Positions 1 to 10,252 of a DNA stretch of 64,000 nt are shown here, in pieces. Location of the stretch: the IMG/VR virus record IMGVR_UViG_3300038345_000087, positions 32,001 through 96,000 of that record. One strand, given 5' to 3'. A model generated the notes under the pieces. That model saw only the letters and a program-made list of their open reading frames with translations, was not told the origin of the DNA and did no database searches. Each line of letters opens with the position of its first letter. The first letter of the stretch is position 1. The DNA comes from a virus. Lineage: Duplodnaviria; Caudoviricetes. A program made the position numbers and the translations under genes.

Positions 1-433
1 TTCCAAGTTCCCTGATTGCGATGTCTTGAAGTCGTTGCTGTTCTTCCTGACGTTTCAAACCTTCTGCAACAGCTTGTGCCTGGTGCGGAGAGGTTACGGT
101 TCGGTCTTTGATGCGTGTCTCTACTATTCCGCGTCCGCGCCCTTCTTTGATACCGTAGCCGTCAGTTGGTAAGATCTGGCTGTGTCGGTCGGGTAGGGGA
201 GGACGTACTTCTACGGGCAGTCCATCCCCATCATAGAAGAATCCGTCCAAGGGAATGTTGTAGAAGTTACACATGCGAAGCATGGCTGTTACATGGACGG
301 GCACTTTCCCGTCTAACCATTTGTTTAGCGACACATAGTCGCCACATCCAAGAGCCTCCAGGAGGTCTTTCTTGACTAATTTGTGGCTTTCCATGAACTC
401 ACGGAGGTAGCCATAATTGTACGACAAATCCAT
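1..433 (-). CDS. XRE/CI-like HTH repressor (runs off the window edge)
   Basis: Translated manually; not in the ORF track because there is no stop in the window. MDLSYNYGYLREFMESHKLVKKDLLEALGCGDYVSLNKWLDGKVPVHVTAMLRMCNFYNIPLDGFF... fits an XRE HTH pattern. It is the only clear leftward gene and is divergent from the replication operon. Confidence 0.65.
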   Translation of the reverse strand, partial: MDLSYNYGYLREFMESHKLVKKDLLEALGCGDYVSLNKWLDGKVPVHVTAMLRMCNFYNIPLDGFFYDGDGLPVEVRPPLPDRHSQILPTDGYGIKEGRGRGIVETRIKDRTVTSPHQAQAVAEGLKRQEEQQRLQDIAIRELG

Positions 434-672
434 AGTTTCGTCTGACTGAGATTAAAACAATTATTTTTAAGTTTATTTAACTATTGAATCGGATTTTTCG
501 CGAGTTTGTTCGCAAGATTAAAACCTTCTTCATTTTATTATACGAAATGCAAAATTATATTAAATCCACGTTAAAATGTTAAATCTGAAAAGAAAATCAG
601 AATAAAACCTTGTTTTTACAAAATAAATATCTTACCTTTGCACAAAATTACGCAAAATTATTGGATTAACAA
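434..672. promoter_or_regulatory. Divergent promoter / genetic switch region
   Basis: AT-rich. Bacteroidota -7 element TACCTTTG at 633-640 (+) and TAATTTTG on the - strand at 550-557. Confidence 0.6.
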
Positions 673-1156
673 TATGATTTCAGCATTATTAACAGCCCCG
701 CGAACACATTTGAACTGTGATGATCTAACCCCTAATCAGAAGGTTCTACTGTATGACATCATGCAGCGACATGAAGCCACCAAGGGCTTCGCTTACGATC
801 GCTTCTTCAAAGAAGGATTTGACCCTTGGGAAATGATGGGTGTCGATGCGATTAAACGCTCTTTTCTTACTGAACATGCAACTGACATCTTCCCCGAACA
901 CACAGATGGGGTAGAAGCTCTTATCAATGACATCATTGTGCTGTCTGGTGAGTTCTGGCGCACGTTGGGTAGAATCCCTGGACTGAAAAAGGACTTTAAG
1001 GAATACATGGCTTCGCTCTCGATGTGCGAAACAGCAGTAGTAGCGAATTTTACTACCGACAATTTCCGTGAGTTCCAGCGCATCGGCATCAATGCCATCA
1101 TCAGTGAGTTCGAGAGAGAGGTAGCAGCTCTCCCTGGCGGGGGAGGTGAAGAATGA
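673..1156 (+). CDS. hypothetical protein
   Basis: First gene after the rightward promoter; ATG at 673 lies within ORF 638..1156. Confidence 0.6.
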
Positions 1157-1165
1157 TGTGAAGCC

Positions 1166-1540
1166 ATGAAGTTCCGCGATAAACGACACAGGGACAAACG
1201 CCGCCACATCCTGATAGCGGCCACTATCGACTATCGGGGTGAAAATGACGACATCCTGACATTCGTTTTTCGAGGTGCTTCCGTGGATCTGATGACCAAG
1301 GTGTTTACCTATCTCATTGGAAAGGGACACGGCATAGCCTCCGCTGCTAAGGTCATAGAAGAACATGACATTATCAGGCGTAACGGGAAAGGATATTGGC
1401 GTGTGGCAGTTGAACTTCGGGAACCTAATTTCGATTTTTGTTCGCTCCCTGACATGCAGATCCTTATTGAAGCGATAATCCGCCGCCTTCACCCTGCTAC
1501 CGTCCATTGGCTCACGCTGGATAAGTTTTTGAATGTATAA
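1166..1540 (+). CDS. hypothetical protein
   Basis: 124-aa ORF tightly packed in the operon. Confidence 0.6.
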   Translation: MKFRDKRHRDKRRHILIAATIDYRGENDDILTFVFRGASVDLMTKVFTYLIGKGHGIASAAKVIEEHDIIRRNGKGYWRVAVELREPNFDFCSLPDMQILIEAIIRRLHPATVHWLTLDKFLNV

Positions 1541-1561
1541 TATATAATAATGTGTTAAGAC

Positions 1562-2227
1562 ATGAAAATTATTGATGTAACATTAGATCTCGAAACATTA
1601 TCATTGGCCGCGAATGCAGCCGTGCTTCAAGTGGCTGCGGTGGCGGCTGACAGATATGCAGAAGCACCTCTAAGCATCTTTCCGCATGACATCGTTCCTT
1701 TCGAGGCAAAGGTTGATTTGCGCTCTTGCGCAATGGAGGGGTTTGATTTTGACAATGAGACGCTAAAGTGGTGGGCTGATAAACCAAAAGCTCTTCGTGA
1801 TGTGATGGCTTCAGGTGATTGTTATCCTATTGATGAGGTTTTTCAGCAATTCTCAACGTGGATTGGTGAGGTAAAACAATATACTGGTGCGGATGACATT
1901 ATGCTTTGGGCGCAAGGATCAGACATGGATATAGCCATCTTACGTCATGTATTCCGGCATTTCAATATGGAATTGCCTTGTAAGTACTGGAACTTCCGCG
2001 ATGCACGTACTTTCATCATAGAAGTGGTGAATAGCATCCATTATCCTGCATCTAACGCTGGTCTTGAAGATCATAAGAAGGTGTATGACGTTTTGCCTCA
2101 GATGCCAGAGAATGCCGCTTTTGGCGGTGAAGCTCATAACGCTATCTATGATGCTGCTCGTACCGCATGGAATGTGTGTCATGTGTTCAAGCTATTGAAG
2201 GAAATGGCCGCAAGACCAGTTTCCTGA
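1562..2227 (+). CDS. DEDD 3'-5' exonuclease (Rv2179c-like phage family)
   Basis: Motifs DVTLDLETL, WAQGSDMDIAIL, RDART and HNAIYDA. Confidence 0.8.
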   Translation: MKIIDVTLDLETLSLAANAAVLQVAAVAADRYAEAPLSIFPHDIVPFEAKVDLRSCAMEGFDFDNETLKWWADKPKALRDVMASGDCYPIDEVFQQFSTWIGEVKQYTGADDIMLWAQGSDMDIAILRHVFRHFNMELPCKYWNFRDARTFIIEVVNSIHYPASNAGLEDHKKVYDVLPQMPENAAFGGEAHNAIYDAARTAWNVCHVFKLLKEMAARPVS

Positions 2228-2253
2228 ATGTGTTTCATTAGTTCTGTCATAGC

Positions 2254-5200
2254 ATGATATACGACCCATTCATCGACGAATTGGCGGCACTTCCGCTGAC
2301 TCTCCTTGTTTCTCCAGCTGACCAACAGACGGAGGAGGGACAAACGGCGTGTTGGTGCCCATTCTGCAAGGCTCCATCGGACACACCGCATTTCATCATA
2401 TACCAACATCGGCGCGGTGGTCTTTATGGTCGCCCCGTCGAGAAATGGATGTGTACCAAAACGCATCGCTCTGGCTATGGGGCAATAGAATTATATGCAG
2501 CCATTCATGGATATGGGTACTGGTGGAAGAAAGACAGTTATGCGCCATCAACATTTATATGTTCTGGTGAAGATCTGCGTCGAACATGTCTTGAGTTGGC
2601 AGAGAAAGCAGGGCATACTCGCGATGAAATAACGGAGAAATGGCCCGCTCTATGCAGACGTGATTACCGTGAAGTGGCTGTTAGACCACAAGAGGCTTTG
2701 ACGTTTGAGCCAAAGACAGATTTCACTCCGCAAGATTTGGCCGCGCTTGGATGTACGACGTGGCTTTCTAAGGATGGAGTGGAACAATATGGTTTTGACA
2801 CACAGAACAAAGAATCGGCATGGCATTTTCATCCTTCACAACTGCAAAAGGATTTCCATGTCTATGCCGTTGCTCGCGTCACACTGCCCGCTGTCTCTCG
2901 TCAGGGTACGGAACAGTCTGAAGTCTTGGTGAGCACGCCTTGGAATCCTATCTTCGTCTGTCTTGCTGATGACGAAAAAGAGGATTGCGGTTCAGTATTT
3001 TTCCCTGCGAATGACAACATTCATCCGATGGTATTCTCCACTACCGACGAACATACACCGGCTAAAGTGTCACGGTGGTTGGCAGGAGATCGCACGTTTA
3101 CACGAGCTGTGGAATTGCGTACCAGCGATAACACTGGCGTACATGCGGCCATTAAAGAGGTGGATGCGTCTGAGGATTATGTAACGGAAAAACAAGTGTG
3201 GAGTGAAGAAACTACGGAAAGTGGTAAGACGAAGGCGGAACAGGTGACGATGGAAATAAAGGAAAAGGATATCCGCGCTAAGGCTATCGTATATTGTACG
3301 TCTGCTCAGGATGCTATTAGTACTTATTATCACCTCAAAGCTCTTCGCCACACCTATCCGACTCAGTTTGGATCACGTTGGTTCCACGTCTGTTTCCCGT
3401 ATGGTGATGTGCCATTTTCTCCTGTTCATTACAATAAGATGCACCGATTCGCGGATAGTATCTATACCCTATTCCCTTCCACAACCAAGGCCCTCTTGCG
3501 TGCTCGCGATATCAGTTGTCGCTATCGTGACATCCTTCGCGCAGAATTGCCTCCATCTATTCAGGACCGCGCACACCTCTTCTTTGCACGTCTTTTCTGT
3601 CGCCCTGTTAGTTCTCCACGTGATTTCTTCCTGGCCTACGACATGCTTCCACGTGAAGCATCGCAGTATGATGGTGACATCAATCGCCTCTTCTCCTCTT
3701 GTGTTACTTCGGCTCTCTGCTCAGATCCTTTTGAGCGTAAGGAGAAACGCGACAAGAATGGTGTAGTGAAGGAGGTCTTTTATACTATCAATCCAGCGAC
3801 ATTATGGGAGTTTATGGCTTCGGCTGGTTACGCCCGCGATGTTCGTCCCGACGAACCTGATAAAATTGGCCGTTTCGTTCACATCGATGGTCCATTTGCG
3901 GATGAGCTTGATTCTGCTTCGATGGTACAGGCAACTATCGAGAAACTGAAGGAGTATGCTCGTCAGGTGAACGATGAACGATGCACACCCGATGAATATG
4001 AAAAAATGGTGCAAGCGGTTCTGCGTGCCAATAAGGAAATCAACGAAAAGACAATAGCATCCCTGCCATCCGTTAAGTTGAACTATACGGGTGGTTATGG
4101 CCGGCACATCGATCATTTCTTCTACGAAAACGGTGTCCTTCGCATTACTGACACGGAAATATCACTTCATTCTTACGATGATATTGATTTCAATGTTGAA
4201 CGATCTGAGTTGTTGCATTGGAATATAACTCCATACAAGAATCTCCCATTTGAGATTTCTGAGAATCCTGAATATCGCAAACGTCTTGAAGCCATCCAAC
4301 AGAAACGAAACGAGAAGGATGACCTTGGTAAACCGCTTTACACACTCCAGCAGCTTGCGACACAAGAGAATGAATTGGCATTGTGGGCACAGTCACATAG
4401 GTGGATTGTGGACTGGCACGGTAAGGCTGAAAACGAATTGTGGCCACCGCTTCGTGTTATCCGTGGATTTGCTAACGAGGAATGGGAACGTGAACAGGAA
4501 CTTTTGCATGATGGCCGTCAATTCTCTTCTGAGGAACAGATGGAACTTGACTGTCGTTTTGCCAATCTCATTTTTTGCCTTGGTCGTATGCTTTGGAGGT
4601 ATCGTGATAGCAAGTCAAACTGTATCAGTTATCTTATAGAGAATGTTGTAAGTGCTGCTAATCGCGCAGAAGGTGGTTCGGGTAAATCGACCTTCGTTCG
4701 TGTGTTCGCTGGTTGTGCTGCTCACATCTTGAATGTAAACGGGCGCGACTTGATTACATCCAAGGAGTTTTCTGCGAATCTTGCGGAATATCAGCATCAC
4801 AAACACCGAATAGTGCATTGGGAGGATGTGGATGCTTCTCTTGATTTTGGAAAACTATACAACTTGACCACGGGCGATTTCTCTGTTCGTTACATGTATA
4901 AGGATAGAATTACTATCCCGCTATCGGAGGGACCTGGCCATGTGGTGACTTCTAACTACCCGCTTCACGACCTCGATGACTCTACTATGCGTCGTGTTTG
5001 TCTTGGTGGTTTTTCACATCGCTTTTGTGGCCAAAACATTATGAAGAATAAGGCTGCCCGCTATATTAGCGATATTATGCCTGACTTCAATGCTGTATCT
5101 CCCGAAAAGTTATCTGCGGCATCACGTAATCAGATAGCCATGATTTGCGCCCTCGCGGTGCAGTTTGTCATGCGCTATGATGAAAAAGTGGATGCACAGA

Positions 5201-5892
5201 AGAAATACATGGAGGAACGCACCCTCACACAGTCGCTCGGCGAAGCCTTCTTGCGATTTGCACGTGTGTTCTTCGCTCAGGAGAATATATATGGTGTGCC
5301 TATCGATCTTGATTCGATGCTGGAAGAATACAAACTCTATTATGCCCAGGCATCGAAGAACAAAGAGGATAGTTTTTCTCCAAAGGCGTTCCGCCGTCGT
5401 ATAATGGATTACTGCGAGACAGCGGGCATACAGATGAACCCGCAACAACTGTTCAAGAAAGCGGATGGCAAAGTCCTGAAGAAGGCGGAACAGACGGGTT
5501 ATTTCGCTCATCAGGCTTGGTGTACCCGTCGTTATTTCGATGGCCGTGAATGGGCGGATGACACCACTATACAGCCTAAGTCTATCCGTGAATTGACACG
5601 AACGGAGCACGCTGTGTATTTCTATCGAACAGGTAAGGACACCATTCCAGCGAATAATGATGAATTGATGACGGCTTATCAGAAGTTCCTCACTATTCCA
5701 GATCCATCACCTATTACTGATGACCAGGGAAATCCTGTTATACTTACTCAGGAAGAGCAAGACCGTTGGCGTAACTATTTGGATTCTCGCCAGAGAAAAC
5801 GCACGGTGGCACCCGTCACTCCGGCTACTCCAACGACTGTTACGGCGACGGCTGCTGTGCCTACGGATGACCAGGCAGATCTACCATTCTAA
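2254..5892 (+). CDS. Primase/helicase-like replication protein
   Basis: N-terminal CPFC zinc motif, Walker A EGGSGKST, Walker B-like IVHWED, VVTSNYP; acidic DLPF C-terminus. Confidence 0.7.
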   Translation: MIYDPFIDELAALPLTLLVSPADQQTEEGQTACWCPFCKAPSDTPHFIIYQHRRGGLYGRPVEKWMCTKTHRSGYGAIELYAAIHGYGYWWKKDSYAPSTFICSGEDLRRTCLELAEKAGHTRDEITEKWPALCRRDYREVAVRPQEALTFEPKTDFTPQDLAALGCTTWLSKDGVEQYGFDTQNKESAWHFHPSQLQKDFHVYAVARVTLPAVSRQGTEQSEVLVSTPWNPIFVCLADDEKEDCGSVFFPANDNIHPMVFSTTDEHTPAKVSRWLAGDRTFTRAVELRTSDNTGVHAAIKEVDASEDYVTEKQVWSEETTESGKTKAEQVTMEIKEKDIRAKAIVYCTSAQDAISTYYHLKALRHTYPTQFGSRWFHVCFPYGDVPFSPVHYNKMHRFADSIYTLFPSTTKALLRARDISCRYRDILRAELPPSIQDRAHLFFARLFCRPVSSPRDFFLAYDMLPREASQYDGDINRLFSSCVTSALCSDPFERKEKRDKNGVVKEVFYTINPATLWEFMASAGYARDVRPDEPDKIGRFVHIDGPFADELDSASMVQATIEKLKEYARQVNDERCTPDEYEKMVQAVLRANKEINEKTIASLPSVKLNYTGGYGRHIDHFFYENGVLRITDTEISLHSYDDIDFNVERSELLHWNITPYKNLPFEISENPEYRKRLEAIQQKRNEKDDLGKPLYTLQQLATQENELALWAQSHRWIVDWHGKAENELWPPLRVIRGFANEEWEREQELLHDGRQFSSEEQMELDCRFANLIFCLGRMLWRYRDSKSNCISYLIENVVSAANRAEGGSGKSTFVRVFAGCAAHILNVNGRDLITSKEFSANLAEYQHHKHRIVHWEDVDASLDFGKLYNLTTGDFSVRYMYKDRITIPLSEGPGHVVTSNYPLHDLDDSTMRRVCLGGFSHRFCGQNIMKNKAARYISDIMPDFNAVSPEKLSAASRNQIAMICALAVQFVMRYDEKVDAQKKYMEERTLTQSLGEAFLRFARVFFAQENIYGVPIDLDSMLEEYKLYYAQASKNKEDSFSPKAFRRRIMDYCETAGIQMNPQQLFKKADGKVLKKAEQTGYFAHQAWCTRRYFDGREWADDTTIQPKSIRELTRTEHAVYFYRTGKDTIPANNDELMTAYQKFLTIPDPSPITDDQGNPVILTQEEQDRWRNYLDSRQRKRTVAPVTPATPTTVTATAAVPTDDQADLPF

Positions 5893-5922
5893 ACTCAAAT
5901 ATAAATAAAATTGTAAATTACA

Positions 5923-6522
5923 ATGGCTCGTTATCGAAATTCACAAGACCTTGGCGTGTTCATCGGAGCACGTTTTATCGCGCCTACCTTTGAGGAGGGC
6001 GGTAAACCTATCCGTGGAATTTTTATTCCAGTGGATATTAACGGTATTGAAGTGCAACAGGATAGCCGTGAGGAGGGTAAACGCAACGCCTCTGGCATTC
6101 GTGCATTTATTAACACACAGCAACGTAGTTGTAACCCGAAGTACATCGAAGCTGTGAAGCAGTCTCTTCAACGTAAGGGAGAGGAAATAACACTTTATAA
6201 TGTGCCGGCTTATCAGGTATGTTATACGTTGCCAGAAGAGAAACGCGCACGCATTCGTGCCTCTCTTGCAAAGCGTTTGATTGCACAGCATCCCGAATGG
6301 GCGAACCAGACGGACACGCAAGGTACAGAGTTGGCTCGCGCAATCTCGATGATGATGCCCTTCCAGATGGGCGACTCCTACTTGATGGAGGACAACAACA
6401 ATGCGGCTCCCCGCAATTCTTCTGCTCCTATTGCTCAGGGTGTTGCTGGTTATACGGCACAACAGGCCGACCCGTTTGACCAGGATGCCTTTGCTTCCGA
6501 TGATTCTGATTTGCCATTCTAA
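5923..6522 (+). CDS. SSB-like protein
   Basis: Lies between the helicase and the clamp; flexible tail ending DDSDLPF, like SSB C-termini. Confidence 0.5.
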   Translation: MARYRNSQDLGVFIGARFIAPTFEEGGKPIRGIFIPVDINGIEVQQDSREEGKRNASGIRAFINTQQRSCNPKYIEAVKQSLQRKGEEITLYNVPAYQVCYTLPEEKRARIRASLAKRLIAQHPEWANQTDTQGTELARAISMMMPFQMGDSYLMEDNNNAAPRNSSAPIAQGVAGYTAQQADPFDQDAFASDDSDLPF

Positions 6523-6533
6523 ATTCTTGATAT

Positions 6534-7673
6534 ATGAAATACAGTATTTCATCCCGCGAACTCCGCTCTGTGTTGGATGCGGTTCGTAAAGTAATTTTGA
6601 AGCGAAACACGCTTCCAGTGCTTGATAATGCTCTTATCTCTTATCGCGATGAGCGTTTCTTCGTTACGGGTTCATCCGTAGAAAACACGCTGACGATGCC
6701 TATTGACTTGCGTCCGCTGGATAAGGACCCGTTCGTCCCCTTCTGCATCGATGTGACAAACCTCACGGCGATTCTTGCTACACTGCCAGAACAGCCCATT
6801 GAACTGTCGGTGAACCCTGACACCTTCTTAACGACATTGAAATATCAGGGTGGAGAGTTCAACATCCCCGCCTATGACGGAAAGGAGTACCCGCTGCCGA
6901 AACCTATCACTCAGGTGGCAGTGGCATTCTCTGCTCCTACGAACATTCTTCTGCCGGCTATGAGATCGGCATTGAATGTGACTTCAGAGGATGAACTGCG
7001 TCCTCAGATGTCGGCTGTGGCTTTGGATGTATCTTCAGAAGGTATCACATTCGTTGGTACGAATGGTAAGATGCTGTATAAGTATGAATGGACGCATGGT
7101 ATGCCTTTCCTGACTGAAGGCCAACCGGCCATTGTTCTCTTCCCGCGTACTGTAATCAATGCGATGGATGCTCCTTTCTCTAAGGTGGAGGAGATTTCTG
7201 TTCGCTCAGATGGCCGTCAAGTAGAGGTGACGGCTGGCGATGTGTCCTTCTCCATCCGTTCCGTGGAAGGGCGTTATCCGAATTATAACAGCGTCATCCC
7301 GAAGGATAACCCTTACCATGTCACGTTGCCTGTGAAGGATCTGATGAACACCATTCGTCGTGTTTCGATGGTGGCTTCAGACAACTCAAAGTTGATTGCA
7401 CTGCGCCGCACAGACCTTTTCCTTCAAATGACTGCGGATGATGTTGACTTCTCTCGTTCTGCTCACGAGGAGTTGTCAATGGATGACTGCACGCTTCCAG
7501 AAGGCTTTGCCATCGGTCTCAACTATCCATGTTTGCTGACCCTTCTCTCGGCTATCTCTACGGAAAAAGTGCGTATTGAACTGTCTGCTCCAGAACGTCC
7601 TCTTATCTTGAAGGAGGATGCCAACAACTCTACCCTTCTTGAACTGCTGATGCCGATGGCTCTCAACACATGA
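6534..7673 (+). CDS. dnaN: DNA polymerase III beta sliding clamp
   Basis: 379 aa; KRNTLPVLDN, DELRPQM, GTNGKML, EGRYPNYNSVIP and LLMPM match the DnaN pattern. Confidence 0.9.
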   Translation: MKYSISSRELRSVLDAVRKVILKRNTLPVLDNALISYRDERFFVTGSSVENTLTMPIDLRPLDKDPFVPFCIDVTNLTAILATLPEQPIELSVNPDTFLTTLKYQGGEFNIPAYDGKEYPLPKPITQVAVAFSAPTNILLPAMRSALNVTSEDELRPQMSAVALDVSSEGITFVGTNGKMLYKYEWTHGMPFLTEGQPAIVLFPRTVINAMDAPFSKVEEISVRSDGRQVEVTAGDVSFSIRSVEGRYPNYNSVIPKDNPYHVTLPVKDLMNTIRRVSMVASDNSKLIALRRTDLFLQMTADDVDFSRSAHEELSMDDCTLPEGFAIGLNYPCLLTLLSAISTEKVRIELSAPERPLILKEDANNSTLLELLMPMALNT

Positions 7674-7679
7674 GAGACC

Positions 7680-7775
7680 ATGCCTGATAGTGCGCCCGCT
7701 GGTTCATCTGGCGGGTGCCTTTCAGTCTCATTGGATTCTTCACCACCATTAGTGCTGATTGAATATGAATTGTAA
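7680..7775 (+). CDS. 31-aa remnant TRD-type mini-ORF (ends PPLVLIEYEL)
   Basis: Translated manually. Shares the C-terminal tail of the downstream cassettes; the body is mostly a hairpin repeat. Confidence 0.3.
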   Translation: MPDSAPAGSSGGCLSVSLDSSPPLVLIEYEL

Positions 7776-8076
7776 ACTGGCAAAATTCTATGAATACGGC
7801 TCTACCTCATATTATGTGACAGGTGATGGTAGGGTGTTGAGTACACGGAATCCTGACCTCCCAATGGATTCTTGGCACGAGATAGCATCTTTCAACGGTA
7901 AGGGCTATCGTCGTGTGCGCATCCAGCGAAAGAACTTCAAGGTGCATCGTTTGGTGGCTGAAGCCTTTGTGCCAAACCCCGACAATCTCCCTCATGTTCT
8001 TCATATAGATGGCGACCGCTGTAATAATCATTATACAAATCTCGAATGGTCCGCGTCCCAATCCAATCACCAATAA
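7765..8076 (+). CDS. HNH endonuclease (NUMOD4/HNH_3-like)
   Basis: VHRLVAEAFVPNPDNLPHVLHIDGDRCNNHYTNLEW. Confidence 0.85.
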   Translation: MNCKLAKFYEYGSTSYYVTGDGRVLSTRNPDLPMDSWHEIASFNGKGYRRVRIQRKNFKVHRLVAEAFVPNPDNLPHVLHIDGDRCNNHYTNLEWSASQSNHQ

Positions 8077-8207
8077 TCCTTGGCTACTATTCTCCTTCGC
8101 AGAATGGTGTTGTGGTCTCTCCATACGGTATCGCGTTATGCCTTGCAGGGGGGGGTAAAGGACATGATACGGACAAACCTAAAATTCTCATAGAGTATGA
8201 TGTGTAA
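8046..8207 (+). CDS. Stand-alone MTase TRD-like cassette 1 (53 aa; G8 in frame)
   Basis: MVRVPIQSPIILGYYSPSQNGVVVSPYGIALCLAGGGKGHDTDKPKILIEYDV; G8 at 8148-8155. Confidence 0.65.
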   Translation: MVRVPIQSPIILGYYSPSQNGVVVSPYGIALCLAGGGKGHDTDKPKILIEYDV

Positions 8208-8346
8208 TGGTGTGGTCATTCTGGTGCTCGGTTCACTCCAGCCGCACGCAGCTGTGGTCAACGTAGTAGGGGGGGGTAATTTCATCCCTTGCTTAGGAAC
8301 AACAGATTTCGGACTTCCAAAATTGGTGATAGAATATGATGTTTAG
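8197..8346 (+). CDS. TRD-like cassette 2 (49 aa; G8 in frame)
   Basis: MMCNGVVILVLGSLQPHAAVVNVVGGGNFIPCLGTTDFGLPKLVIEYDV; G8 at 8269-8276. Confidence 0.55.
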   Translation: MMCNGVVILVLGSLQPHAAVVNVVGGGNFIPCLGTTDFGLPKLVIEYDV

Positions 8347-8526
8347 TATAACGAATATAGGCGCATTCCGCGTAACGAGGGGGGGGGGCAAATCTGTCCT
8401 ATCAATGTCACGCTTGATGGCTGTGCTGCTACCATCACTACACGTTATGGCGCAATGGACTATTCCAACATCATCAGTTTCGGCCATTTTCCTATGACGG
8501 CTTGTTTATTGGAGTATGATTTATAA
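8336..8526 (+). pseudogene. TRD-like cassette 3, frameshifted at G10 (putative phase-OFF)
   Basis: ATG at 8336. After G10 (8379-8388) the frame QICPINVTLDGCAATITTRYGAMDYSNIISFGHFPMTACLLEYDL is out of frame with the ATG; G8 or G11 would restore it. Paralogous to cassette 7. Confidence 0.6.
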
Positions 8527-8687
8527 GATAATAGGTTGGTCCCGCGATGCAGTAGGCAGGGTGGTATGTTATCACTTAAAGGACATCTGCAACACACTTA
8601 CCACCTTTGTAGGGGGGTAAATTTAAGGACTCAAAAACAGACCTCGGCAATACTACGCCTTATGTCTTTATAGAATATGAATTGTAA
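8516..8687 (+). pseudogene. TRD-like cassette 4, truncated at G6 (putative phase-OFF)
   Basis: MIYKIIGWSRDAVGRVVCYHLKDICNTLTTFVGG* stops right after G6 (8612-8617). G5 or G8 would continue into GKFKDSKTDLGNTTPYVFIEYEL. Confidence 0.65.
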
Positions 8688-8940
8688 AAAAAGTATGTTG
8701 ATAAAATCTATTAGATATATAGGATTCCTGAGACCTGACGTGAGTTGTGGCACTGGTTATTCAGAACCCGATAAGTTCCATGTGGTTTATGATACAGGGT
8801 TGGAAACTGATGTGTGGGTTGATATTTGGAATCTTCCAGAGGAATGTGTACGTAGTGCTTTTTTAGAGGATTGTATGATGCTTTTCATTCGCTACCCAAT
8901 AATCTTGATGAAGCATTTGAAATGTATAAGCAAGCAATAA
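8677..8940 (+). CDS. hypothetical protein
   Basis: 87-aa ORF coupled to cassette 4 through the same GAATATGA junction; no TRD-like tail. Confidence 0.5.
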   Translation: MNCKKSMLIKSIRYIGFLRPDVSCGTGYSEPDKFHVVYDTGLETDVWVDIWNLPEECVRSAFLEDCMMLFIRYPIILMKHLKCISKQ

Positions 8941-9001
8941 TTCCAACAGGACGTTGCCCACATTTTTGGCTTAATGAACGTAAAAAACAATAATATATAA
9001 T

Positions 9002-10252
9002 ATGATAGCTAAAATTTATCCAGACAATCATCCAGATTTGGCGGGCAAGCGTGACCCGTCACATCCAGTCCGTTACTTCGATATCCGTAAACTGACAGAA
9101 GGTGAATGCCTCCGTTTGATGGATGTTCCTGAACCTGACATCATCAAACTTTGTAATGCAACAAAGGGCAAGGCGGGGCGCATCAAAGAAAACGAACCCG
9201 CTTATGGTGAAGCAGGACATGGGAAAGGCTCTCCTGTGCTTTCTCGTTCTGCTATCTATAAACTTGCAGGAAACAGTATTGTTGTTTCATGCTTACGTCA
9301 TATCTTCAAGAATATCTATTTGACAGAGGATGATCCTAATGACGCTTTTGAATTGTTCCCTGAACCGACATTCCGTGCCCCTATTCCTTCTACCATTCGT
9401 CTTGTTACACTTTGCTCAGGTTATGACTCACAAGCCATCGCCCTTCAGCAAGTGGTAGATGAGATAAACCAGGGGGGGCAAATCAACGGTTCCGTATGTT
9501 GCGATGGTATCGCAACCCAATTAGATTTGCTTGCTTGGGCTGAATACGACCCAGATCGTCCGAAAATACCACTTGAAAGACAACCCGCCGTAGTTGCACA
9601 TAATATCCTTTTTCCCCAATATGCGGATCGTAACCTCGGCGATATGACAAAGATTGATTGGCCTTCCGTCTATGAGGAGTGGAAGGCGAAAGGAATCTCC
9701 GAAATCGATATTCTTACTTATTCTACGCCATGCCAAAGTATTTCTCAGGCTAGTAAAAGAGCCGGCATAAAGAAAGGTTCTGGCACCCGATCTTCTATAC
9801 TATGGTACACAGAGAATGCCATCCGTACACTCCGACCTAAATTTCTTCTTCAAGAAAATGTCCGCGCTCTGGTGAATGAGGTGAACATTGATGATTTCCG
9901 TGAGTGGCAACAAGTCTGTACTGATTGTGGATATGACAACTATTGGGCCATACTGAATGCAAAGGATTTTGGCGTACCGCAAAACCGTGAGCGTGTGTTC
10001 ATGCTTTCCGTCAGAAAGGATTTGAACCTACCCATATATCGTTTTCCTAAACCTTTCCGCCTCTTGAAGTGTATTGCAGACATCCTTGATGAGGATGTAC
10101 CAGAGAGTTATTTCTTGAAGCCGGATAGTGTTATCAAGTTCTTTCAGACCAATGAAGCAGATAAGAATGCGGCCATCTGTTATGCTTATACAGACCACAA
10201 ACTTTCTAATGAGGAAATCGCACGCATTCGTAAAGAGAATGGGGTGGGGTAA
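9002..10252 (+). CDS. Circularly permuted DNA (cytosine-5) methyltransferase lacking a TRD
   Basis: Motif order is IX (IRKLTEGECLRLM), X (YKLAGNSIVV), I (LVTLCSGYDSQ), IV (STPCQSIS), VI (QENV), VIII (PQNRERVF); the protein ends soon after. Internal in-frame G7 at 9472-9478. Confidence 0.85.
   Translation: MIAKIYPDNHPDLAGKRDPSHPVRYFDIRKLTEGECLRLMDVPEPDIIKLCNATKGKAGRIKENEPAYGEAGHGKGSPVLSRSAIYKLAGNSIVVSCLRHIFKNIYLTEDDPNDAFELFPEPTFRAPIPSTIRLVTLCSGYDSQAIALQQVVDEINQGGQINGSVCCDGIATQLDLLAWAEYDPDRPKIPLERQPAVVAHNILFPQYADRNLGDMTKIDWPSVYEEWKAKGISEIDILTYSTPCQSISQASKRAGIKKGSGTRSSILWYTENAIRTLRPKFLLQENVRALVNEVNIDDFREWQQVCTDCGYDNYWAILNAKDFGVPQNRERVFMLSVRKDLNLPIYRFPKPFRLLKCIADILDEDVPESYFLKPDSVIKFFQTNEADKNAAICYAYTDHKLSNEEIARIRKENGVG

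Noticed and set aside
8344-8346. TAG-to-Gln recoding, as in some Prevotella phages, which would fuse cassettes 2 and 3
   Set aside because: Long genes are open in the standard code and many end cleanly at TAG (for example 23526, 34115, 48992, 54774, 62261).
7765-10252. HNH + MTase as a type II restriction-modification pair
   Set aside because: The HNH is of the phage NUMOD4/homing type; nothing supports a cognate restriction enzyme.
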